A stretch of DNA of 64,000 bases from Thermoplasmata archaeon (lineage in GTDB: Archaea; Thermoplasmatota; Thermoplasmata; Lutacidiplasmatales; UBA184), in assembly GCA_050013595.1 (NCBI GenBank), contig JBEKEY010000002.1:1522-65521 (forward strand). The letters are read 5' to 3'. The position numbers and the translations under genes were made by a program. Positions 9,305 to 18,166 of this stretch are shown here, one piece after another; position 1 is the stretch's first letter, and every line of letters begins with the position of its first letter. The notes under the pieces are model-generated. The model was not told the origin of the DNA. It saw only the letters and a program-made list of their open reading frames with translations, and searched no databases.

Positions 9305-10417
9305 TCAGCGAGGTGCGGCGCTCGGGTTGACGGTGACCACGGACTTGACCGCCCCCCGGCCGCGGCTGCCGAAGACCTCGGAGAACTCCTCGATCGGTCG
9401 CCGTGACGAGATCATCTCACCCACCGCCCCGGGCCAGCGCTGTTCGAAAACGATGAGGTCGCGAAGCCCGCTCTCGAAGTAGGCGCGGTTGGCGTTGACC
9501 GAGCCGACGATCGCCTGGTTGCCGAGCACGACGTCCCGGAAAAGGGCGCCCCCGGCGACACTGGTCGGCGGGGTCCCGGCGTCCGGTATTCCGGTGACGA
9601 CCAGGACACCATTGAGCCCCAGGCGGTCGACCAGGGTGAAATCGAGCGCCACCGACCCCGTAGCTTCTACCACGAGGTCGAATCGCCGGTCGCCGAGGGC
9701 GGCAAATCCGTCCGCGACATTCACGTGGCTCGCTCCGACCCGACCCAGCAGTCGGGCAGCCACCGTCGTGTCGTCGTGCCGGTCGATGGCCACCACGTCG
9801 TAGCCTCGCAGGCGAAGGACGAACGCCGCGAGCATGCCGATCGCCCCCGTGCCCGCGACCAGCGCTCCGGGCGTTCCGATCTTCGGTTCGCCGGGGGTCG
9901 GCTCCTTGCGGTCGAGCACACGCTGGCCCTGGAAGACGGCCTTCTCGACCACGCTGAGCGGTTCGAGGAGGACCGCGACCGGGGCAAGAATCGGGGGTAC
10001 GGCTACTAGGTACTGGGGGAGCTCCATGTACTCTTCGGCCATGTACCCGTGGGCCCCGCCGATCCCACGCTCGGTGAACCCGCCGGTCTCGCAGAAGTCC
10101 GAGCGGTTCGTTCGGCAGAACCGGCAACGCCCGCAGCCTCGGCGGACGGTCGCGACGACCAGGTCGTCGGCGCGGAAACCGGTCACCTCGGGAGCCACTT
10201 CTCGCACGCGCCCCAGGTTCTCGTGGCCGAGGATGAGGAACGGAGAGCCGGCCGGCGGGCGTCCGTACTTCCCGTCGACGATGTCGTGGTCGGTCCCACA
10301 GACGCCGCATTCGACCACGCCGACACGGACGCCTCCCGGCGGAAGGTCGGGAGCGGGGACATCGAGGAGCTCGACACCGGGGGTTGGCGGCCGGACCACG
10401 AGGGCGCGCACGGTCAC
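9305..10417 (-). CDS. zinc-dependent medium-chain dehydrogenase, glucose 1-dehydrogenase-like
   Basis: 370 aa with GVCGTDHDIVDGKYG...LILGHENLGRV and a Rossmann GTGAIG. The start overlaps the stop of the upstream KDG-aldolase-like gene (ATGA). Confidence 0.75.
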   Translation of the reverse strand: MTVRALVVRPPTPGVELLDVPAPDLPPGGVRVGVVECGVCGTDHDIVDGKYGRPPAGSPFLILGHENLGRVREVAPEVTGFRADDLVVATVRRGCGRCRFCRTNRSDFCETGGFTERGIGGAHGYMAEEYMELPQYLVAVPPILAPVAVLLEPLSVVEKAVFQGQRVLDRKEPTPGEPKIGTPGALVAGTGAIGMLAAFVLRLRGYDVVAIDRHDDTTVAARLLGRVGASHVNVADGFAALGDRRFDLVVEATGSVALDFTLVDRLGLNGVLVVTGIPDAGTPPTSVAGGALFRDVVLGNQAIVGSVNANRAYFESGLRDLIVFEQRWPGAVGEMISSRRPIEEFSEVFGSRGRGAVKSVVTVNPSAAPR

Positions 10418-11316
10418 TTCCCCAGGAACGGGGCCAGCCGGGGGCGGAGCGGCTCGAGCCGGGCGAGGACCGCGGCCTCCTCGGCCGGGGTGAGTGGTTC
10501 GAACGGCGCACGGTAACCCACGTCGGAGTCCCGTAGCTGCGCGGCGAGGAACTTGCCGGTGGAAGGGAAAGGGCCGGACTTCGTGACGCCGACCAACCCG
10601 TCGACCAGCGATTGGAGCTCCTGCGCCCGCACCGCGTCCCCTCGACGCGCGGCGGCCACCAGTTCGACGCAGAGCTTCGGAACGATGTTCGCCATGCCCA
10701 TCACCGCGCCCTTCGCGCCGCGGGCGATCGCGGACGAGGCCAGCGCGTCATCGCCCGGGAACACCGCAAACCCTTCGGGAGCACCGTCGAGGAAAGAGCA
10801 GACGCTCTCGAACGAGCCCGCGGTGTCCTTGATCCCGGCGAGGACGCCGTCCCGGGCCAGCGCGTGGACCAGCGTCGGAGGAAGCGCGTAACCGACCAGG
10901 GACGGGATGTTGTAGGCGAACAACGGTACGGTCACCGCTTTGCGGAGCGCCCGGTAATAGTGGTCGACCCCGGCGAGCGCAGGGTGGAGATAGTAGGGTG
11001 GGACCGCGACCAGTGCGGCCGCTCCTATGCCCTCCGCCTCTTCCGCGAACCGGATCGCCTGAGCGGTGGACGGAGCGCCGCATCCGACCCACACGTCGGT
11101 CTGGCCGCCCGCGCTCTCGATCACGACGTCGATGAGGGGCCCGCGTTCGGTGGGAGTGATCGACGGGAACTCCCCGAGCGACCCGAGAACGAACAGATGG
11201 TCGACGTGCGCGTCGGAAAGCCCTCGCGCAAAGCGGGCATTGCGCGCCGAGTCGATGGCGCCCTCCGCGTCGAAGAGCGTCGGGACCGGGACCGAGAGAC
11301 CTTCGATCGCCATCAT
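10414..11316 (-). CDS. DHDPS/NAL-family aldolase, probably 2-keto-3-deoxygluconate aldolase
   Basis: 300 aa of dihydrodipicolinate synthase family pattern (GLSVPVPTLF...GSLGEF...GIKDT), translationally coupled to the glucose-dehydrogenase-like gene. Confidence 0.75.
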   Translation of the reverse strand: MMAIEGLSVPVPTLFDAEGAIDSARNARFARGLSDAHVDHLFVLGSLGEFPSITPTERGPLIDVVIESAGGQTDVWVGCGAPSTAQAIRFAEEAEGIGAAALVAVPPYYLHPALAGVDHYYRALRKAVTVPLFAYNIPSLVGYALPPTLVHALARDGVLAGIKDTAGSFESVCSFLDGAPEGFAVFPGDDALASSAIARGAKGAVMGMANIVPKLCVELVAAARRGDAVRAQELQSLVDGLVGVTKSGPFPSTGKFLAAQLRDSDVGYRAPFEPLTPAEEAAVLARLEPLRPRLAPFLGK

Positions 11317-11390
11317 CCGCGGTAGGACCGCGCCGTCTTAATGCTGCCACAACCTCGTGGTCCATCGAGGAAGCTACGGTCGCGCCGAGG

Positions 11391-12041
11391 ATTCTGGGGG
11401 TCGACGAGGCGGGCCGAGGAAGTCTCGTCGGACCGCTCGTGGTCGGAGGGTTCTGTCTGGACGCGAACCGTATCGACGAGCTCGTAGCGCTCGGGGCGAA
11501 GGATTCGAAGGCCCTCTCCCCGTCGGCCCGCGAACGCATCTTCGCGGGCCTCGAATCCATCGGGACACGAACGGAGGTCGTGCTCTCGCCGCGGACGATC
11601 GACCGTGCGGTCGCGCGGGGTGGCCTCAATGACCTCGAGGCAGAGGCGTTCGCGCGCATCATCCGGGCGACTTCCCCGGAGGTCGCGTACGTGGATGCTT
11701 GCGACCCGAACGAGCGACGATTCGGTCAGCGGGTAGCTCGCCTTGCGGGTGGGTCGACCCGCGTGATCTCCCGCCATCATGCCGACCGCGACTTCACGGT
11801 CGTGGGCGCCGCATCGATCGTGGCGAAGGTCCTGCGGGACCGTGCGTTATCCCGACTTCGCCAACGGTTCGGCGACGCGCTCGGTAGCGGGTACCCCTCC
11901 GACACGAAGACCATCGAGTTCGTTACCGCGATGCTTGCCGACGGCCGTCCGGGGCCATCGTGGATGCGGGCGTCCTGGTCCACGATGCAAAGGGTTAAGC
12001 CGCGCCGACCAGCTCGCACGCTCGACGGCTTCGTTCCATGA
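11391..12041 (+). CDS. rnhB: ribonuclease HII
   Basis: The catalytic N-terminal motif GVDEAGRGSLVGPLVVGG is encoded at 11397..11450, upstream of the first ATG/GTG/TTG (GTG 11439). The start shown (ATT 11391) is a guess; see findings. Confidence 0.8.
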   Translation: MLGVDEAGRGSLVGPLVVGGFCLDANRIDELVALGAKDSKALSPSARERIFAGLESIGTRTEVVLSPRTIDRAVARGGLNDLEAEAFARIIRATSPEVAYVDACDPNERRFGQRVARLAGGSTRVISRHHADRDFTVVGAASIVAKVLRDRALSRLRQRFGDALGSGYPSDTKTIEFVTAMLADGRPGPSWMRASWSTMQRVKPRRPARTLDGFVP

Positions 12042-12373
12042 CGGTCGAGGATACCCTCGCATCCGTGGTCGACCGGTTCAACCGGCACGCGGAGAAGACC
12101 CCGGCCATGGCCGAGGAGCTCGACGGGATCTCCCGCACCATCCAGATCCGTCTCACGGACGGCGGCACCTATTCCGTGGACCTGTCGGAAGGGCGTCTAA
12201 GAAACCTGCGAACGGGCCCGGCGTCCGCCGCGGACGTGCGGATCACGACCGATGTGGGCACGTTCGAGGGCCTCGTGAAGAAGGAGATCGGGCCGATGAA
12301 GGCCCTCGTGACGCGGAAGCTCTCGATCGAAGGGAGCCTCGAGGACAAGCTCCTTTTCCGGAAGCTGCTCTAG
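12038..12373 (+). CDS. SCP2 sterol-carrier-like domain protein
   Basis: 111 aa with a C-terminal ...GEIGPMKALVTRKLSIEGSLEDKLLFRKLL pattern typical of SCP2. ATGA overlaps the rnhB stop. Confidence 0.7.
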   Translation: MTVEDTLASVVDRFNRHAEKTPAMAEELDGISRTIQIRLTDGGTYSVDLSEGRLRNLRTGPASAADVRITTDVGTFEGLVKKEIGPMKALVTRKLSIEGSLEDKLLFRKLL

Positions 12374-12391
12374 TCGCGCGGGCCACGCGCG

Positions 12392-12892
12392 CTACGGCAA
12401 GAAGACGCACGCGGCGATGCAAACGCCGTAGTGGTCCATCGGAATGACGAGCTCTTCCGTGCGGTAATGGATCCGTCGGAGCTCGACGCCCCGGAAGTGC
12501 GCGATCTCCTCCATCCGCCACTTGAGGAACTCCTTCAGCGACTTCTGGTTCCCGTGGAGATGACCCTCGGCGACGTATCCGCCCTGTCCGTCGTCGCGGA
12601 ATCCGTACGCGATACCGGCGCTGATGACCTCTCCTTCACCGCCGGCGTGGCGGGCGAGCACGGCATGTGTGATCGCGCCCCGGGAGATCGGGACGCGCTC
12701 GACCTGGCGGATACCGATCGGCAGGACCGAGGAGACGCTCACCAGGTTCTGCTCCCCGATTCCGGCCTTGAGGAGGGCGAGGTCGAAGGCGTTCAGCTCG
12801 CTCGTCTTATTGATCCCCTTTCCGCTCGTGACGAAGAATCGCGAGGGGACCGGCACGAGCGTGAGCGCAGCGGGTTCGGCGCGACGCGGCAC
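12392..12892 (-). CDS. pdaD: pyruvoyl-dependent arginine decarboxylase
   Basis: 166 aa. FVTSGKG...NLVSVSSVLP contains the Ser-Ser self-cleavage site typical of PdaD. Confidence 0.85.
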   Translation of the reverse strand: MPRRAEPAALTLVPVPSRFFVTSGKGINKTSELNAFDLALLKAGIGEQNLVSVSSVLPIGIRQVERVPISRGAITHAVLARHAGGEGEVISAGIAYGFRDDGQGGYVAEGHLHGNQKSLKEFLKWRMEEIAHFRGVELRRIHYRTEELVIPMDHYGVCIAACVFLP

Positions 12893-12944
12893 GACCGAAG
12901 TTCAAGTCCGTGGGACCTTAACCTTTGGGCCGTTCGCTCGCCCG

Positions 12945-13517
12945 TCAGACTATGATCGCGTGCCGGCGACGCATGGAAGCCTCGGTCTCGCCCCGCACTC
13001 GGAGGAGCTCGGCTACGAGGCCGTCGGTGAGCCGAAGGCTCGCTTCCTCGAAGAGCGTCCCGAGCGGGGCGTAGCGCGAGCGGTCGGGGTCCTCGTCGAA
13101 CTCGATCACGAGGAGATGGGTCGCGGTATGGGCGATCTTGGACGCCGGCTTCGACGTGAGGATGATCAGCTCGGCCCCCTCCCGCCGAACGATGTTCCCG
13201 GTCTGGATGGAGGAGTAGCTCTCGCCCTGACCGGAGAGGATGAAGACGGCGTCCCCCCGGCTCACGATCGGTGTGACGCTTTCGCCGATGACGTAGGCGC
13301 GAAGGCCCGCCTGGACGAGGCGCATCGCGAACGCGCGACCGATGATCCCGCTGCGACCGGCGCCGTAGACGAAGATCTGGGGTGCCTTGAGAAGGATCTC
13401 GATGGCCCGCGCGATCGAGGCGGGGTCGATCTTCTCGAGCGCGACCGTGACGCGTTCGCCGATGTACCGCTGCGAGCGGACGAACGTCGTGCCGTTATCG
13501 ACGTCGGTGGCCACCAC
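12945..13517 (-). CDS. SIS-domain protein, 6-phospho-3-hexuloisomerase-like
   Basis: 190 aa with the SIS motif IFVYGAGRSGIIGRAFAMRL...FILSGQGES. Confidence 0.75.
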   Translation of the reverse strand: MVATDVDNGTTFVRSQRYIGERVTVALEKIDPASIARAIEILLKAPQIFVYGAGRSGIIGRAFAMRLVQAGLRAYVIGESVTPIVSRGDAVFILSGQGESYSSIQTGNIVRREGAELIILTSKPASKIAHTATHLLVIEFDEDPDRSRYAPLGTLFEEASLRLTDGLVAELLRVRGETEASMRRRHAIIV

Positions 13518-14700
13518 GGCGGACCTCCGCGGGTCGCTTGCGGGGAGGGGTTCGGGACGGTTTCGGTCGATGGCGGACGGGGCGCGCCGCCTTCGGCTTC
13601 GTCTTCGGGGAGGGTCTCACCGGCTTCGCCCCCGGGCGCGGCGGTGGGGCGGTCGGGGGCTTCGGCGGCGCCCGCGGGGCGGGCGGAGCATGCAGCTTCG
13701 ACCAGCGGCGCGTGAGGGCGCGCTCGTAGAGGAGCTTCATGTACATCGCGTCGTGCTCGAGCAGCGGCGAGCTCGAGATCACCGTCACATCGTAGTCGCG
13801 CTCGGCGAGGATCTCCGCGAGCGGGTCGAAGCGCACGAGACCGCGCTTGATCGGAGTGAGGCGGAACTCGCCGGGCCCATAGAACTCGACGCCCGAGAAG
13901 TTGAGGTAGACCGGTCCGTCGGTCGCTCGGACGAACTCCTTCACCACCGGGTCGAGCTGCTCGGCCTCCTCGAAGCTCGTGCGCTCGCGCGCCGCGATGT
14001 GCGGCAGGTTGAGCACGGGTACGGTCCCCTTGACGCGTCGCACGAGCTCGAGGACCTCCTCGCGCGAGCCGAAGACATCGGGGTGGCCGCTCGGCTCGAT
14101 CGCGAGCCGAACGGTTCCCTTCGAGAACTTGTTGAGCCAGTCGGAAAGGTCGGACACGATCTCGGTCAGCTGCTGGATCGAATCGGCCCGGTCGCCCGGA
14201 CCGTAGAACCCGAGGTGCGTGACCGCGAGACGCGCCCCGAGACCCTGCGCGAGCACGCCGGCCCATTGGATCTGCCGGGTCGATTGCTCGCGCGCATCCG
14301 AGGAACCGAAGAAGTCGACGTAGTAGGGAGCGTGCAGCGTGAGGTCGGTGTCGAGCGCCTTTGCGAGCGCTCGCGTCTGCTGCAGGTCCGCGTAGTCCTT
14401 CGCGAGGCTCCAGGTAAGGGTCGTGATCGAATCTCGTCGCTTGAGAGGCGTCGTCATCGCGACCACGTTCGGGGCCCCCCCCTGATGTTCCGCCGGCCCC
14501 ACGCTCACGGCCAATTGCAAGAGGAGGTCGCGGGCCGCCTTCCCGATCTCCTCGTCGAGGACCCCTCGCGTGAGGTGGTTGACCTTGATGAACTGGACTT
14601 CCATCGCGGTGAGGCCCAGGTGGTGCACGTCGGCGATCCCGTCGCGGAGCGTGCGCCCCTTGCAAGAGAGCGGGATCCCCGCGGGCCCAAAACGGATCAC
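13495..14700 (-). CDS. xylose-isomerase-like TIM-barrel protein (endonuclease IV / AP endonuclease 2 superfamily) with a Pro/Lys/Arg-rich C-terminal tail
   Basis: 401 aa. The N-terminus is MIRFGPAGIPLSCKG...GLTAMEVQF. The last roughly 70 residues are PPAPRAPPKPPTAPPPRPGAKPVRPSPKTKPKAARPVRHRPKPSRTPPRKRP... Confidence 0.65.
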   Translation of the reverse strand: MIRFGPAGIPLSCKGRTLRDGIADVHHLGLTAMEVQFIKVNHLTRGVLDEEIGKAARDLLLQLAVSVGPAEHQGGAPNVVAMTTPLKRRDSITTLTWSLAKDYADLQQTRALAKALDTDLTLHAPYYVDFFGSSDAREQSTRQIQWAGVLAQGLGARLAVTHLGFYGPGDRADSIQQLTEIVSDLSDWLNKFSKGTVRLAIEPSGHPDVFGSREEVLELVRRVKGTVPVLNLPHIAARERTSFEEAEQLDPVVKEFVRATDGPVYLNFSGVEFYGPGEFRLTPIKRGLVRFDPLAEILAERDYDVTVISSSPLLEHDAMYMKLLYERALTRRWSKLHAPPAPRAPPKPPTAPPPRPGAKPVRPSPKTKPKAARPVRHRPKPSRTPPRKRPAEVRRGGHRRR

Positions 14701-14745
14701 GAGTAACCAGGCCTCAAAATCGGGAAAACGCGCTAATCGACGGTC

Positions 14746-15399
14746 CTATATATCGGAATCCGGGCGAGGGGCCGCTTCGGTCTTCGGCCCTTCCGGACGC
14801 GCGCGGACGGGGTGGAATCCGCGAGCGACCACGTAGATCTCGGAAGACGGAGCCCGGGACGCGGGTGGCTTCGTCCGTAGGACATCGGAGAAGCGGGGAC
14901 GTATCTCGGCGACCAAGGCGTCCACCATGTCGCCCGCGAAGACCTTCGCGGCGAACGCGCCGCGGGGTGCGAGCACCCGGAGCGCGAGGGAGTAGGCCGA
15001 GCGAACGAGGTCGACGGAGCGCGCGTGGTCGGTGGCATACGCACCACTGATTGACGGAGACATGTCGGATAACACTACGTCGAACGGGACAGGGCCGAGT
15101 CGCTCCAGCAGCGTGGGGTCGCCGACGCGTCCCCGCACGATGTGCAATCCTTCCGCCGGCGCGATCGGCCGTGGGTCCACCGCGACGACCGTGCCCGAGC
15201 GCCCGACGCGGTCGAGGGCGATCACCGACCAGCCTCCCGGGGCCGCACCGAGGTCGAGGACCCGGGCGCCGCGTCGGAACAAATGGAAACGCTCGTCGAG
15301 GTACGCGAGCTTGAACGCCGCCCTCGAGCGCAACCCCTCGCGCTGCGCCGCCCGGTAGTACGGGTCGGCTCGCCGCTGGTCCACGAAACGACGGCCCAT
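14746..15399 (-). CDS. rlmE: 23S rRNA 2'-O-ribose methyltransferase RlmE/FtsJ
   Basis: YYRAAQREGLRSRAAFKL and the SAM motif VLDLGAAPGGWS are present. The start is set at ATG 15399 rather than the track start 15504. Confidence 0.85.
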   Translation of the reverse strand: MGRRFVDQRRADPYYRAAQREGLRSRAAFKLAYLDERFHLFRRGARVLDLGAAPGGWSVIALDRVGRSGTVVAVDPRPIAPAEGLHIVRGRVGDPTLLERLGPVPFDVVLSDMSPSISGAYATDHARSVDLVRSAYSLALRVLAPRGAFAAKVFAGDMVDALVAEIRPRFSDVLRTKPPASRAPSSEIYVVARGFHPVRARPEGPKTEAAPRPDSDI

Positions 15400-15602
15400 G
15401 GGAAGGTCGGCAGCGGACGCGCCTACATGAAGGGCTTCGGTCGGGCCGGCGCAGGCCGGTGGGGCCGTCCGAATTTGAATCGGAGTCTCTTGCACCCCAA
15501 GCAAGAAGGATGGTCCAAGCTACCCCACGGCCCCACGCCACGCCGGTGGCGCATCGACCCGACCGACTTAGATAATGGTTTGCCCGGGGGAACGGCGCGG
15601 GG

Positions 15603-15782
15603 TCAGTGGACGACCCACCAGGTCGCGATGCCCGCGGCGGCGATGATGGCCGTGTTGAGGAGCGCGAGCCAGAAGAAGGTCCACAGGTCCTGCCGCCCCT
15701 CCTCGGGCGTCACGTTCGCGGAGGGGGTCGAGCTCCCCGGGTAGGGGGTGTACGGGTTCCGGAACGGTTCTCCCTCGGACAT
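15603..15782 (-). CDS. small single-pass membrane protein (59 aa), below the 60-aa cutoff of the ORF track
   Basis: Hand translation gives MSEGEPFRNPYTPYPGSSTPSANVTPEEGRQDLWTFFWLALLNTAIIAAAGIATWWVVH*. Third positions are strongly G/C and there is one clear TM helix. Confidence 0.5.
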   Translation of the reverse strand: MSEGEPFRNPYTPYPGSSTPSANVTPEEGRQDLWTFFWLALLNTAIIAAAGIATWWVVH

Positions 15783-15836
15783 CGGATACCGGGTCGACAG
15801 GGTGGCTCTTCTTAACGGCTCGGTTCGACCCGGAGC

Positions 15837-16565
15837 CTAGGCGGCGAACCAGGGAAGCCGCGCCGCGGGTCCGGTGGGTTTGAGGACGAGCAGGTGGAGG
15901 TTCGCGCCCGAGTCGCCAGGCGCGTACGAGTCCCGGGACGCGAGCTGGTAGAGGATGAAGAGCGCGTCCTCGTCCGATCGGACGCCGAGCGATCGTTGGA
16001 CGTCGATCCCGAAACGGTTCGTGAGCAGTTCGAGGAGCTCCTCAAAGTCGATCTGGTTGCCGCCGTCGCCCGACGCGGCCCGTCGGAAGAGCCCGACCAC
16101 AATGCCGGTCGAGAGCGCCAGGATCTCGCGGGGCTCGGCGACGCGCAGGTGAAAGTGCGGAAGGTCGTCCGGGCGCCCCGCCGGCGGGACGACGAGGATC
16201 GAGACCTCGTGGTCGATCACCGAGCCGCCGGCCGTTCGGGAGAACCGTCGCCAGGCTTCCTCCGCCGTCTGGTCCGTCGGCACGACGAAGATCGCCCGTC
16301 GTTGGGCCGGGCGGGCCCCACGGACCCCCGTGACCCACCGCTCGATACCCGCCTCGACCGCGGAAGGGTCTCCGTGGGGAACGTAGACGGGGAAGGTGCG
16401 TCGAGGGACACCGGCCTCTTGGACCCAGAACGACGCCTCGCCCACCGGTCCCCGCCGGGGATTCGAGACCTTCGAGTAACCGAGCTTCTTGAGGACGAGC
16501 TCGGCGTTGCGCTGCCGCTCGGGGGTCGAACCGACCCGGTCGGATTCCGACATCCTCGAAGTCAA
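15837..16565 (-). CDS. hypothetical protein
   Basis: 242-aa ORF with host-like codon bias. I recognise no family. Confidence 0.6.
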   Translation of the reverse strand: MTSRMSESDRVGSTPERQRNAELVLKKLGYSKVSNPRRGPVGEASFWVQEAGVPRRTFPVYVPHGDPSAVEAGIERWVTGVRGARPAQRRAIFVVPTDQTAEEAWRRFSRTAGGSVIDHEVSILVVPPAGRPDDLPHFHLRVAEPREILALSTGIVVGLFRRAASGDGGNQIDFEELLELLTNRFGIDVQRSLGVRSDEDALFILYQLASRDSYAPGDSGANLHLLVLKPTGPAARLPWFAA

Positions 16566-16614
16566 TCAGGCTCCTCGAGATAAGGTCGACGCGCCGAAAC
16601 GACCGGTTTCGAGC

Positions 16615-17541
16615 TCAAAGGCCGCCCGGGACCCCGGACCGGACGAGCGGAAGGTTCGCGGCAATCGCGATCACGACGAAGAGCAGGTACGGCCCCGAGA
16701 AGACGAATCCCCGCCGCGCGTTCCGCGGCGTGACCGACCGCCAGAGCGGGGCGGTCATCGCGACGAAGAGCCCCCCCAGCGCGACGATCACGATCGTGAT
16801 CGGCCACGTCACCGCGCCGGTCGCACCCGTGAGCAGGGCGGCGGGGATCAGGAGGGCGGCGGAGACCACGACCACCTTGCCCGAGTAGGGGACATCCTCC
16901 ATGCGTGGGAGCATCGGGAGGTTCGCCCGGGCGAAATCGTCCTTGAGCAGGAGCGCGAGGCTCCAGAAGTGCGGCGGGGTCCAGAGGAAGACCAAGAGCG
17001 CGAAAGCGAGGACCCCGAACGTCCAGTGCCCGACCGCGGCCGCGCTGCCCGCGAGCGCGGGGGCACTGCCCGCGAACCCCCCGATGACGATGTTCCAGTT
17101 GGAGCGGCGCTTCAGCCAGACGGTGTAGACAACGACGTAGGTGAACCCGCCGAGGAAGATCGAGAACCCCGTGAGCGGGTTCAAGAAGACGGACGCGAGG
17201 CAGATCCCGAGACCGAGGAGGGCGAGGCCGACCACCGCGACCGCTGACCCCGAGACCACGTGTTCGTCCGCGAGCGGCCGGCCGCGGGTGCGCTTCATCC
17301 GGCGGTCGATGTCCCGGTCGAGGTAGTGGTTCAGCATCGCCGCGCCAGCGGACGCGGCGGCCCCGGTCGCGACGAGGATGCCGAGGCGCACGAGGTCGAC
17401 CGACCGCGGGTCGGCGAGCAGGAACCCGGCGACCGCGACCAGACAGATGAGCATCGTGATGCCGGGTTTGGCGAGCGGAAGGTAATCCCCGGGGCCGAGG
17501 GGACGCATCGGCGCGGGCTCCGGTGGGCTCGATGGAACCAT
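16615..17541 (-). CDS. ctaB: protoheme IX farnesyltransferase (heme O synthase)
   Basis: 308-aa UbiA-family polytopic protein with NHYLDRDIDRRMKRTRGRP. Confidence 0.9.
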   Translation of the reverse strand: MVPSSPPEPAPMRPLGPGDYLPLAKPGITMLICLVAVAGFLLADPRSVDLVRLGILVATGAAASAGAAMLNHYLDRDIDRRMKRTRGRPLADEHVVSGSAVAVVGLALLGLGICLASVFLNPLTGFSIFLGGFTYVVVYTVWLKRRSNWNIVIGGFAGSAPALAGSAAAVGHWTFGVLAFALLVFLWTPPHFWSLALLLKDDFARANLPMLPRMEDVPYSGKVVVVSAALLIPAALLTGATGAVTWPITIVIVALGGLFVAMTAPLWRSVTPRNARRGFVFSGPYLLFVVIAIAANLPLVRSGVPGGL

Positions 17542-17577
17542 GAACGCGGGGGTCGAGTATACGGAAGGGCGCTTAGC

Positions 17578-18156
17578 CTAGACTTCCCGCAGCGACTCGA
17601 ACGGGGTGCCCGGCGCGGGGTTCGGGACCTTCGGCGGGGCTCCGCGGGCAAAGGCCGGCGCAGGGGCTTCCTCGTCCGTCGCGCGACGCGCCCACTCGAT
17701 CCATCGGCGGGGGAGCTCGCGCAGGTTCGAGAGGAGGACGAGTATGAGCAGCAGACCGAAGAGGGCGGTCGCGATCGCGAGATGGACGAGGACGAGGGTC
17801 GAGCTCAGCTGGCTCTGGACCACGAGCCCGCCGAGGAGCGCCTCCGTCACGACGAGGCCGAGGGCGACGAGCGCGATGCGCAGGAGGACCTTGCGTTGAC
17901 GCTCGTAGGCGATTCCGAGCAGGGCGAGGACGAGGATCGCGGTCGAGAGGAAGAACGCCATCACCCGGTGGCTCCATTCGAGGGCCACGCCGCCCTGGAA
18001 CGCGGGCAGGAAGTTTCCGTTGCCGAAGCACGACGGCCAGTCGGGGCAGGCGAGGCCGCTATCGCTCGCCATCACGTTGCCGCCGAGGAGGATCGTCGAG
18101 TAGCAGAGCACGCACGCGAAGACCGCGGCGTATCGGAAGAGGTCGTGGCCCCGCAT
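17578..18156 (-). CDS. ctaA: short (4-TM type) heme A synthase CtaA/COX15-like
   Basis: 192 aa with a CPDWPSC cysteine pair and conserved His in TM helices. It lies between coxI and ctaB. Confidence 0.7.
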   Translation of the reverse strand: MRGHDLFRYAAVFACVLCYSTILLGGNVMASDSGLACPDWPSCFGNGNFLPAFQGGVALEWSHRVMAFFLSTAILVLALLGIAYERQRKVLLRIALVALGLVVTEALLGGLVVQSQLSSTLVLVHLAIATALFGLLLILVLLSNLRELPRRWIEWARRATDEEAPAPAFARGAPPKVPNPAPGTPFESLREV

Positions 18157-18166
18157 CGCTCGTCGC

